A stretch of DNA of 64,000 nt from Vulcanimicrobiota bacterium (GTDB lineage Bacteria; Vulcanimicrobiota; Xenobia; Xenobiales; JADMJV01). This document shows, one piece after another, positions 19,117-28,400 of the stretch. The stretch's first letter is position 1; every line of letters starts with the position of its first letter. The DNA is taken from assembly GCA_050250895.1 (NCBI GenBank), contig JBFWNU010000008.1:224001-288000 (forward strand), read 5' to 3'. A model generated the notes under the pieces. It searched no databases. It was given only the letters and a program-made list of their open reading frames with translations, and had not been told where the DNA came from. A program made the position numbers and the translations under genes.

Positions 19117-19659
19117 TTGTCACCGGCACCACGCTTTGCCGCCAGTTCTGGGGACAAGAAGGCCCGGGCCCTGGCGCGCCGGATGACCCAGTTTGGCCTG
19201 TCTCAGACGCAGATCGCTGAGGAATACAACCGGTCGCAGGGGTGGGTAGCGAAGCGTTTGGCTCTACTGCCCGAAGAACAAAAACCTGCAAAAAAGCCGG
19301 AACTAGGTGGTAGGCCATCCCTGGGGGAGGTTATTCCCCGGGGAATAACCTCCCCAAAGCTTGCCGCCGAACTTCGTTCCGCTCCGGCTGAAACCCAGGC
19401 CGCCGTCGCCAAAGCCGTCGAGGAGCACAACCTCTCCACTCGCAAGACGAAGGCGCTGGCGGATGCGCTCAAACAGGTCGAGCCTGCCAAGCGTCAGGAG
19501 GTGGCTAAGATCGCGGCCGCCTCCCCCCGAACCTGTTGCTGTGGCTCAGGCCGCAGCCCCGTGGTACACGGCCGATGGCTAGTCCATCTCGTCGAGACGG
19601 TGCCATGTGTTGCGTATCGCCCGGATGTCGTTCTCGATGTCTTCGAAGTGCGTCTGTAG
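19117..19659 (+). pseudogene. ParB/Spo0J-like HTH fragment
   Basis: GLSQTQIAEEYNRSQGWVAKRLALL HTH; no ParBc N-domain, no clear start; 3' end overlaps the opposite gene. Confidence 0.6.
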
Positions 19660-20142
19660 CCACGCGGCGTTCTCTCCGACAGGGCGGCTCGCGCGAAGCT
19701 TGGCCTCAAGCTCGGTGGTGGCCCTGAGGCCCTCCCGGAACTGGTCCATTGTCTCCAGATAGGCATTGCAGGCAGCGGGCGAGTTACCTGGCATACTCTT
19801 GTCGGTGGCCGTAACCATCGACAGCAAGAGCACGCACTTCTGCCGCAGCAACTCGTTCTCGGCGCGCATCAGTTCGATGGCTTCAACTCGCGCGGCGCTC
19901 TCGCGCGAAGGCTCGAAAGCCTTGAGTTCGTCGATAAGTGCCTTCCTCGCGTCAGTGTCATCAGCTGCGCGTTCAGCGATGTCTCGGAGCGGCATCTTCT
20001 CATCATTCTTCTCGACCACGAGCGAGGCCTGAATCATCTTCGCGTCGCGCTCGAGAACCTCGTTGACTTTCCGGTCTAGGCCGCTGTTGCAGCCGACCAG
20101 AATGAACAGAAAGAGGAAGATGAACGAACGAAGAACTGACAT
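19579..20142 (-). CDS. Lipoprotein, helical
   Basis: Lipobox ILVG-C after a hydrophobic core. Confidence 0.8.
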   Translation of the reverse strand: MSVLRSFIFLFLFILVGCNSGLDRKVNEVLERDAKMIQASLVVEKNDEKMPLRDIAERAADDTDARKALIDELKAFEPSRESAARVEAIELMRAENELLRQKCVLLLSMVTATDKSMPGNSPAACNAYLETMDQFREGLRATTELEAKLRASRPVGENAAWLQTHFEDIENDIRAIRNTWHRLDEMD

Positions 20143-20187
20143 TCTCGCTTCTTCGATGGGAAGCCACGTTTGCCCCCTCTGTGACCG

Positions 20188-20583
20188 CTAAGAGTCCGAA
20201 GTGGACGCGCCGGGCGTCACCCTTGCCGCGGCCGCAATCTTCTCACAGTGGCTAGGCCTCGGCACTCTCTCACCGGTCTCCCACCGGGCAACTGTTACCC
20301 GCGAGACCTCGAGCACGTTCGCGAACTCGTCTTGAGTGAGCCCGAGCTGCCCTCGCACGTGACGGACCCAGGTTGCCGGGTCGGGGTGCGGCTTCGGCCC
20401 AGTGTGCGCCCACAGCTCGGCGGCGACTCGTTTCGCCACTGACCCAGCGTCGACGGGGTCCCCGTGGGCATTGCGAACGTCCTTGATCGCACCCGAGATA
20501 AGGCGCTTCAGGCGTTCTTGAAATTCGTGTCGGACCGGGTCACCCACCAGAGGATTGTAACCTCCTCGGTAGCCAAGTGGCAA
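20188..20583 (-). CDS. XRE-family HTH regulator
   Basis: LGLTQDEFANVLEVSRVTVARWETG; true start probably near 20543. Confidence 0.85.
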   Translation of the reverse strand: MPLGYRGGYNPLVGDPVRHEFQERLKRLISGAIKDVRNAHGDPVDAGSVAKRVAAELWAHTGPKPHPDPATWVRHVRGQLGLTQDEFANVLEVSRVTVARWETGERVPRPSHCEKIAAAARVTPGASTSDS

Positions 20584-20623
20584 GCCCTGATGGTTGACGT
20601 AGTGCTACAATCCAGGTTACAAT
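20554..20623. promoter_or_regulatory. Back-to-back sigma70-type promoters
   Basis: Plus: TTGACG(20594)-N18-TACAAT(20618); minus: TTGCCA-N18-TACAAT. Confidence 0.7.
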
Positions 20624-20634
20624 GGTGAGGCCAA

Positions 20635-20702
20635 GAGGGTTCCGCAGGTGCGGGGCTGGCCTTTCCGGCCAAGTTCTCGGGTTCGAGTCCCGACGCTCTC
20701 CA
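20635..20702 (+). ncRNA. tRNA-like structure (non-canonical D arm) in the 5' leader
   Basis: Perfect T arm TCGGG-TTCGAGT-CCCGA; acceptor-like GAGGGT/GCTCTC; TGGC-CTTTCCG-GCCA arm; ends CTCCA. Confidence 0.6.
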
Positions 20703-20724
20703 CAAAACACAGTGGAGGTTTTCA

Positions 20725-21327
20725 ATGTCACAAGCAACGCAGTGCGCCGCATATCGCGGCGGCACACCCCCTTCTTCCCCCAACGCAGAGTTTCTGTCGA
20801 AGCTCACGTCTGACGACTTCCTTCTTTTTGATGCGATTGTCTGCGCCCTGGCCGGCCGGCTTGGCATCCACCCGACCGAGCTGATGATGCTTCGTTTCGG
20901 GTCCCCCGACCTGATGGTCAGGGAGTCCATCTCTCATCCGCTCGTTCGTCGCGTCTGCAAGAATCTCGGAACAACAGAGGAGCAGCTGGTGGATACCCTG
21001 CGTGCAAATGGCTGGCTACCGGCGAGCGCCGGCGAGTGGCTCCGGCGCCGGAACCTGCCGACCCGTTTCCGTTGCGACTCGGAGTGGTGCGGCTCTACGG
21101 TCCGTGAACCGAAGGAGGACGTCGACGATGGAGAGGCCAGCGTCTTCCTGGAGGACCAGTTGGCCAGCGCGAATCCCAATTACTGTTGCTGGGACTGGCG
21201 CTCTTGGGCGGGAACGGTAGAGGAAGCCATCGCGACGGCGGGCGAGGAGATTCGCGAGCGCGACAGACAGGCCCCGCCCGCGTTCTGGTTCGACCCCATC
21301 CGAGAGTTGGTGAGCCGCAATGCGTAA
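20725..21327 (+). CDS. Hypothetical protein, paralog A
   Basis: GGAGG RBS; DAIVCALAGRLGIHP...PPAFWFDP shared with the next gene. Confidence 0.85.
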   Translation: MSQATQCAAYRGGTPPSSPNAEFLSKLTSDDFLLFDAIVCALAGRLGIHPTELMMLRFGSPDLMVRESISHPLVRRVCKNLGTTEEQLVDTLRANGWLPASAGEWLRRRNLPTRFRCDSEWCGSTVREPKEDVDDGEASVFLEDQLASANPNYCCWDWRSWAGTVEEAIATAGEEIRERDRQAPPAFWFDPIRELVSRNA

Positions 21328-21886
21328 GCCATTCACTCCGCCTACAAGCTCCGAGAACCTAGCTGTGATGCAGACCATCACGCCTGACGAACTCGCCCGC
21401 CTGGATGCGATCCTCTGCTCCATCGCTGGCCGTCTCGGCATTCACCCGTGCATGGTGGCCGAGCTGCGCTACGGCGAGCCACCGGCGACAGGAGCGGACG
21501 CTGAAGCGGCCTTCCAGCGGAACCTGGACGGTGAAGACGAGGAGGTCACCGAGCTGTTGGTCGACCGGGGCTGGATACCCGAGACCGTGGCCGAGTGGCT
21601 CAATCTGCGCTATCAGCCCACCAGGGTCAGGATGGAGTCCGAGTTTTGCGCCTCGCCCGTGTTCTTCCCTGGGCCCGACGACGACCCTGGCATTAGGACT
21701 CTGCTCGACGACCAGCTGGTTAGCGCCACCTTCGACTTTGACCGCTGGTGGCTGACGACGGCCTGTGGCGACACGCTCGAAGAGGCTCTCGCGGCCAAGG
21801 TGGACGGCCCCCATCGGAAGCGCCGGGATGAGGCTTGCCCGCCCGAGACGTGGCTTGACCCGCTGTTGGTCGCCTCCCTTCGCTAA
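21320..21886 (+). CDS. Hypothetical protein, paralog B
   Basis: DAILCSIAGRLGIHP...PPETWLDP; 8-bp overlap with paralog A; GC hairpin at 21901-21925. Confidence 0.85.
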   Translation: MRKPFTPPTSSENLAVMQTITPDELARLDAILCSIAGRLGIHPCMVAELRYGEPPATGADAEAAFQRNLDGEDEEVTELLVDRGWIPETVAEWLNLRYQPTRVRMESEFCASPVFFPGPDDDPGIRTLLDDQLVSATFDFDRWWLTTACGDTLEEALAAKVDGPHRKRRDEACPPETWLDPLLVASLR

Positions 21887-21946
21887 CTCCTCCTCCTACC
21901 CAGCGGGGCCTTCGGGCCCCCGCTGCTGCATTTGAAAGGATTCACT

Positions 21947-22375
21947 ATGTCTGAACCTCGTGTTGGCTGGCTCGTTCTCCGCCGAGACCGCGGCTGCAAG
22001 CTTCTTGATATTCCCGGACTCATAGACCTACCAGTGTATTCCAGGTCTCGTTACGCGATTGAAGGGGGACAGGATCTGTTCATCAGCCTGTTCCGGTATT
22101 ACCACGCCACGGCCGACATGACGCTGGATCACATCGTCGGCTACATCCAGTTCCTAGACGACGTCCTCGATGGACGGTGTCCCAACGGGGACGGACGACG
22201 CACGAATCTCGATGGGGCCAAGCGCTGCCGCGCCAGGCGAGGCGACGGCAGCCGTTGTGGGGCCCGCGCGCTGCCGAACAGCGACTTCTGCCGACACCAT
22301 CAGCCGCCCAAACCAGCCAAGTCTGCGGACCAACTCATCGCCGAGCTGGTGGCCGCCCTCGGGGGTGCCCGATGA
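21947..22375 (+). CDS. Hypothetical protein with C3H zinc-finger-like motif
   Basis: RCRARRGDGSRCGARALPNSDFCRHH; AAAGGA RBS; ATGA overlap with the recombinase. Confidence 0.7.
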   Translation: MSEPRVGWLVLRRDRGCKLLDIPGLIDLPVYSRSRYAIEGGQDLFISLFRYYHATADMTLDHIVGYIQFLDDVLDGRCPNGDGRRTNLDGAKRCRARRGDGSRCGARALPNSDFCRHHQPPKPAKSADQLIAELVAALGGAR

Positions 22376-23313
22376 TCCAGCTCGCACACGCCACCACAGC
22401 CCCGCATTCGCCCCAGGACGGCCTTCAGCCGGTCCTCGACTTCCAGGGGCTTACCTTCGAGTTCCTCAGACGCCTGGACCGCTCCCAGGAGACGGAGAGG
22501 ACCTATCGGTCGGCCCTCGGCCTCTTCGGTGCCTGGGCGGCCCAGCAGGAGGCCACAGAGGACCTGGCGGGCCTGGTCCTGGCCTACAAGCAACACCGAC
22601 AGGCCACCGTGGCGCCGGCGACGGTGGCTCACGACCTGGCCGTCCTCCGGCGCTTCTTCGGCTGGCTGGTGAAAACCAAGCGCCTGGCCGAGAACCCCGC
22701 CGAGGACATCCGGCCCCCGAAGATGCCCCGCGGCTATCGGCGCGACGCGCTTACCCTGACCCAGGCCATCCTGCTCTTCGCCGCGGTCGACCCGACCACG
22801 CCGGCCGGCCGTCGCGAGATGGCCATCCTGTGCCTGATGGTGCGGGCTGGCCTGCGCGACGTGGAGCTCCACCGGGCCGACTTCGGGAACCTGGGCACAG
22901 TCGACGGGCAGCGAGTCCTCTGGGTGCACGGGAAGGGGCGCGAGCAGGCCGACGAGTTCGTCCTCCTCAATCGCAAGACGCGGGAGGCCCTGGACGCATA
23001 CCTTGCCGACCGAGCGCCGCTCGAGCCTGGCGACCCGCTGATCGCGTCGCTGGACGGGCGGGGCCCTGGCCGGCTCACGACTCGCCAGATTCGCCGCATC
23101 GTCACCGCGGCGCTCGAGCGGGTTGGCTTCAAGTCGGCCCGGGTCACGGCCCACAGCCTGCGCCACACGGCGGCCACGCTGGCGATTCAGGCAGGCTCGT
23201 CCCTCTCCCAGGTGCAGGCGATGATGCGCCACGCGGACCCGAGGACCACCTCGAGGTATGTCCACCTGCACGACCGTCTCGAGAACGCGGCCGAGAAGGC
23301 CCTCGACTTCTAA
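22372..23313 (+). CDS. Second tyrosine recombinase (XerC/D-like)
   Basis: GLRDVE, GKG, HSLRH, MRH, SRY catalytic motifs; core-binding region with NPA. Confidence 0.93.
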   Translation: MIQLAHATTAPHSPQDGLQPVLDFQGLTFEFLRRLDRSQETERTYRSALGLFGAWAAQQEATEDLAGLVLAYKQHRQATVAPATVAHDLAVLRRFFGWLVKTKRLAENPAEDIRPPKMPRGYRRDALTLTQAILLFAAVDPTTPAGRREMAILCLMVRAGLRDVELHRADFGNLGTVDGQRVLWVHGKGREQADEFVLLNRKTREALDAYLADRAPLEPGDPLIASLDGRGPGRLTTRQIRRIVTAALERVGFKSARVTAHSLRHTAATLAIQAGSSLSQVQAMMRHADPRTTSRYVHLHDRLENAAEKALDF

Positions 23314-23365
23314 GAAGGTCCGCCAACGCCGGTTACCAGTCACGAGGACGGGGGATAGACAGGTC

Positions 23366-23704
23366 ATGGACGTTGCCAGAGAGGACCTCGACGAATGGCT
23401 GACCCAAGGCCGTGTGGTCGGCCGCGGCCAGTTCCGCGGCAGGTTGGTCGAGGTCACCTGGTCGGATGGGCACATCACTGCCGACGCTGATGTCTTGGAG
23501 GCGTTACGGGAGGCCGAGCGGCGGAATCGCGACAAGCCGATAGGGCATCCCCTGGGGCCGTGGAGCCGGCGGGACCACCTTCGGGCGTCAGACGGGTTCT
23601 GCGTGATGTGTCACCAGGCGCTTACCGATTGGGAAATGCTGGTGGTCGAGCAACCGCCGCTGTGGCCACCGGGGGAAGAGCCTGGGCCCGAGGCGGTTTT
23701 CTAA
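23366..23704 (+). CDS. Hypothetical protein
   Basis: ORF with plausible composition, convergent with the next gene. Confidence 0.55.
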   Translation: MDVAREDLDEWLTQGRVVGRGQFRGRLVEVTWSDGHITADADVLEALREAERRNRDKPIGHPLGPWSRRDHLRASDGFCVMCHQALTDWEMLVVEQPPLWPPGEEPGPEAVF

Positions 23705-24057
23705 CCGCGGCGTTCGCGGGCTTCCCGGGTAAATTCGCCGGTGGCTTCGATTTTGTAGAAGGCGGTCTGGACCGCCTCAACCGTCGCTCGGGCGGCCAGG
23801 TCGGTGACCAGCTGGTCTAACGTGCGGCCAACCTTCACGCCGGCGATGATCGCGGCATCGAGTTCTTCGGCGGTGAACGGCACGACCGCCGGCAGCTCGG
23901 CATACTCGACCGAGACGCCGTCTCGGGCCAAGCGCTTCAGAGCCCTGAGAGCCCGCCAGCCAACACGGTCAGCAAGCGCACTCACTGCGACCAGGTCCCC
24001 CGCCCGAAAAAAGCGGCCAGGAGTCTGCACGTCTTTGAGGATGCGGAACGCTTGCAC
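23701..24057 (-). CDS. Hypothetical protein
   Basis: GGAGG RBS before GTG; last gene of the tape-measure operon. Confidence 0.7.
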   Translation of the reverse strand: MQAFRILKDVQTPGRFFRAGDLVAVSALADRVGWRALRALKRLARDGVSVEYAELPAVVPFTAEELDAAIIAGVKVGRTLDQLVTDLAARATVEAVQTAFYKIEATGEFTREARERRG

Positions 24058-24061
24058 CGGT

Positions 24062-24931
24062 CTACCTCCGAGTAGCGCGGTCAATCTCGCGCTGGGCGTC
24101 CAGGGCGCCCCGCTCGATGACGGCCCGAGTGTTTGGCGAGTTGAAGTAAGGTGCCTCACGGCGGTTGGTCATCGTCTGCCCGTAGCGTTTGAGCCGGTCG
24201 TGAGTGACCAGGGCTTCTCCGCGGGCGAAGTGCCGTTCGGCGACCAGCTCGGCCACGGCGGCCATCCGACGAGAGAGTTCGTCATCAAGTTTGGCCAGGT
24301 GTTCCTTGGCGGTCTCGAAGGCCTGCAGTCGCGCTTCATACTCGGTCTGCTCGGCGTGCCGGCGTTTCTCAGTCTCGATAGCGGCCTTGCGCTGACGGAC
24401 CTCGGCAAGCTTGGCTTGCCGCTCGGCTTCGCGCCTGTCGGCCTCGGCGAGCTGATGCTCGAGTCTGTCGAGTTCTTCAAGTTCAGTCTCGAAGGTCATG
24501 GTCTGCTCCAAAAAAGGGCTCGGGGCGTCGTGATTAGGACGATTGACTTGACCACGTGTTTCGACGACGACGCCCCGAGCGGCCCGATGGAAATTCGATG
24601 CCTGTGTGCCATCATAGCGTAACCGGGTGGCGTCGTCACCTTCGGCGTAGTGGGTCGGCGCCGGTCGGGGCACTACATTCGCCACCTGCTCGGCCAGTTC
24701 GGCCCGCTCTGTTTCGTCTTCGACCAGGTCGGTGAGCCAGTGGTCGACATCGGCCCAGAAACCGGCGCAGGCCTCCGGGTCGCGCCGGTCGACCTCATGA
24801 ATCGTGGCCAGGACCTTGACGCACCGGCGCCGTGGCCCGACACCGGGAACCCGCTCCGAGGCGCTCAGGACGGCCGAGAGGGCCATCCCGTAGGGTTCCT
24901 CTCGCTCGCGATGTTTCCAGACAATGAACAT
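24062..24931 (-). CDS. Hypothetical protein; C-terminal coiled-coil part has its own RBS/ATG at 24499
   Basis: GGGAGG RBS upstream of 24931; GGAG-N6-ATG at 24499; E/R/A-rich heptads. Confidence 0.7.
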   Translation of the reverse strand: MFIVWKHREREEPYGMALSAVLSASERVPGVGPRRRCVKVLATIHEVDRRDPEACAGFWADVDHWLTDLVEDETERAELAEQVANVVPRPAPTHYAEGDDATRLRYDGTQASNFHRAARGVVVETRGQVNRPNHDAPSPFLEQTMTFETELEELDRLEHQLAEADRREAERQAKLAEVRQRKAAIETEKRRHAEQTEYEARLQAFETAKEHLAKLDDELSRRMAAVAELVAERHFARGEALVTHDRLKRYGQTMTNRREAPYFNSPNTRAVIERGALDAQREIDRATRR

Positions 24932-24973
24932 GAGCTTGCCTCCCGTCGTGTCCGCCAATGACGCTTCTTGGCC

Positions 24974-25405
24974 CTATCCGCGGTCTTTCCATCCAAAGAC
25001 TGGTTCGATTCGGTTCACTTCAGCCATTCCTGGCTTGTGGGAAATCGAGACTTTGGCTCCCACCTGGTCGCCGTCGAAGAAGTCTCCCCAATATCCCTTG
25101 AGCAGGACTTCGGCCGGCCAGGATGCGGCCGCGGCGGCAGCTCGAGCCTCGCGGATAGACATCTCACGGTCAGCCTCGGCGTACTCCGAGTGGGGGAGCA
25201 CGGGTGGTTTGAGCGACGGGCCCATAATCGCTTCCGTCCGTTCGTCCCACGAGCCCTGAAACTCGGCCTGCGCCATCGCAGCTCCCGCCAGGGCGATGAG
25301 GTCGTGATAGTCCCAGCGCCCGTCGAGCGGCTCGATAGGGCGTCCCTCACGCATCGCGGTGAGCCACTCCTCCAGCATCTGCCGATGAACCACCATGCCA
25401 GTCAT
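24974..25405 (-). CDS. Hypothetical protein
   Basis: ATGA overlap with the tape-measure gene; GGAGG upstream. Confidence 0.7.
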   Translation of the reverse strand: MTGMVVHRQMLEEWLTAMREGRPIEPLDGRWDYHDLIALAGAAMAQAEFQGSWDERTEAIMGPSLKPPVLPHSEYAEADREMSIREARAAAAAASWPAEVLLKGYWGDFFDGDQVGAKVSISHKPGMAEVNRIEPVFGWKDRG

Positions 25406-28400
25406 CGTCCGGGCCTGCCTCCTCCGCCATTGGTGTTGCGGTGGTGTCGATGCTGGGTGGCCATGCGGGCAAACACCTTACGAATGATAGCCTCTTCGTC
25501 GGCGTTCAGCTGCAGGTTTGCATAAACGTTCGTGGTACTACCCCCATCGCTTCCGGCCTCCCTTTGCTTTTCCGCCTGCGTGCCGGGCTTGGATGGATCG
25601 GGCGCAATCGCGTCCAGGTTGGGCGCCGACAGGCCTGGAAGCCCGTTGCGCTTGAGAGCCGCCTCGACCTGCGCCTTCTGAGCATCCTCAACGCGCTTGG
25701 CCTGGGCGGCGTCCTTCAGTCCGATCTGCTGGGCGCGGGCCTCATCGATGCGACGAACGACCTCGCTGCTGGTCGGGTTGGCGTGGCCAAAGGCAACTCG
25801 CCGAGCCTCTTCGGACGATGCGGCGGCGGCCGAGATCTCGTCTGAACTGCGCGCCTGGCCCTGGATAGGTCCCGAGTCGAATCCGATGATCGAGCCACTC
25901 GTCCCACTCGTTGGGGCACTACGTTCGGCGGCCGCTACGGCCTGACTTCCGCTCTTCGTGATGCGGGCCCGTTCGGCATAGGCGCTAGCTACATCGCGGT
26001 TTTGCTGCTGCATCCTCGCTCGCTGCTCATAGGTGTGTTCAAGCTCCATCTGCCGCAACCGGGCCTGGTACTCGCGCTGCACGCCGAGCTTGTCGGTGGC
26101 TGTCTTCAGTTCTGCCTGATACTCAGCGAGTAGCGCATCGACCCGGGCCTGATAGAGCTCGGCCCGCTTGGCGATGAGCAGGTTGTCGACGTTCTCGCCC
26201 GCGTCGCGACGCTGCTCGAGTAGCTGAATCTCTTGTTGATAGACGGCGATCTGGGCCGACGCCACCTCACCGGCTTGCTTCTCACGCTCGGCCGTTATTT
26301 CGCGCTCGAGCTGAAGCTTCTTGGCGGCCTGGTCGCGAAGGAATTCATCGATGTCGCTCAGGTTTTCGCCAGCTGCTTTGGCGGCCACCCGAGCCGCGGT
26401 GGCCCGACTAATGCCCTCCTCGATCGCGGCCAGCTTGTCACCGGTGGTCAGGGCTTCGTCGCCCAGGTGGGAGACGGACTGCTTCAGGTCGTCGAGGCTT
26501 TCCTTCTGCTTCCGGGAATTAGCGGCCACACCCTGGACCAGCAGCGTTTGCCCGAGATTCTCGACGTAGCGCTTCAGTTCGGGCAACTGGTCGAGGATGT
26601 CTTTATTGCGCCCTTTCCACTCGGTGATGGTGTGGATGATGTTCTGGATGGCCTCCACGACCTGGCCGGCGCTGCCTTTGCCCTGGGCCTGCAGTTCCTT
26701 GAGGCTGTCGAGCTGTGCCTTAACCACGGCGTCAAAGGTCGCCTTGGCTGACGCGATCTGCACCTGGCGCTTCTCGCCCTCGATGCGGCGGACATCGTTC
26801 TTGCCCTCTTCGCCCAAGCGGCGAGCCTCGACCAACTGCTTCTCGAGGTTGGCCAACTGCTCTTTGAAGCTGACCTGCCGCAGGGACTTCTCCTCGGCCA
26901 GCTCGGCCCGCAGTGCCTCGACCCGCTGGCGGCCAGCTGCCACCTGGTTGCGCGTGATGGCGGCGTGGGTGTCGTCGACCTCGTGATAGAGCGCCAGGAT
27001 GGCCTTGATGACAGCTTCTTCCTGGTCGGTCGTTTTCGGGTCGAAGAGGCGCGCTTGAAGCCCTGCTTCGTCGGTTGGCAGGTTGATACTCTTGGCGATG
27101 CGCTGGACTCCAGCGAGCTGGGTCTGCAGCAACTGGAGGCCCTGAACCAGGCTGGCCGTATCGCCCTTCTGTCGGAAAACTGAGAGGACGTCGCTGGTCG
27201 CACGAATCTTCTTGCCTAGCTTCTCGAAGGCTATCTCGTAGGGGGTGGCCACTGCGACCCCGCCCTCGAGGCTGGCTATTTTGTCCTTCAGTTGGCCGAT
27301 GGCGAGCTGGGTTTGGAGAGCGGCCGCTTGAATGTGCTCGAAAGCGACCACCAAACGGCCGTCGGCTTCGTTAACCTTCGCTGCCTCGGGTAGAGCTGAA
27401 GCCAGGTCGGCAAAGTCACCCGTCAGAGCCACTTGTGATCCAGGCGTGGCCACCTTCTGTAGCTGGGCGAGTTTCTTCTGCTGGCTTTCGAGTTTTTCCA
27501 GCTCTTTGCGATACTCTTCGGTCTTGGCCCGAGCCTCTGTCGTGCCCCCAGCATACCGCTGAAGAGCATCGGTGACATCGCGGGGATCAGCCGACTTTAG
27601 AGCCTTGTCGATGGCGTCAAGCCGCTCAGCCGAACCGGCGGTCCCGGTCGAGAACAGGTCCTGAGCCCCGGTTGCCCCGATCACCGCTTTCGCATACTCA
27701 CGCCACTCGAGCGCTGCGTCTCTGACTCGATTGCCCTGGTCTTTGATATTGGCTGAGATGCGAGCATTCTCGGCATCCAGGAAGGCAAGTTTCACGGCTG
27801 CGGCCCCGGCAGCGACAGCCACCGCTGAGATGGCCAGGCCGGCCGGCGTCGTGGTCAAGTATCTGAAGGCGTTGCCTGCAGCTGAGCCCGCCCCGGCCAG
27901 GCGAGTAAGCGCCCCGCCCGTGAGGTTCGCTGCACCCTCGAGAGCCGGCATCTCGACGGCCGCCGCAACCAGTTGCCGGTTGAGAGCCACCAGGCCAGTG
28001 GCCAGGAGCGTAGCGGCGCCAGCGGCGCTCGATAGGCCAGCTCCCCCGACCAGGGCGGCCGCTCCGATGCCCTTCAGGCCCGGACTCAGCCCCTTGTTGA
28101 CTGTGTCGGCCATCGTGCTGAAGGTCTTGGCTGCCAATGTGACAAGAGGCGTCAACGTCTCGCCGAAGCTAGCGGCCAGGTTGATGGCTGAGTCTTTGGC
28201 GTTGGATAGCGCGCCAGACATCGTGGCCGCCTGGCGCTCGATCGCTCCGCCAAAGCGGGTGTCGATGATGCGCAACAAAGCCTGATTCGCTTTGTCGGCC
28301 TGGCCCTGAGTCTGGACGAGGAGACCGCCCGCCTTGGTCACTTCGGCGCCATACTTGGCGAGTTCGCGGGTCGAGATGCCGTAGGTGTTCCGCAGCGACT

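Noticed and set aside
20635-20702. Canonical tRNA-Glu(TTC)
   Set aside because: D arm lacks a normal loop, acceptor and anticodon stems have mismatches, position 37 is C; kept only as tRNA-like
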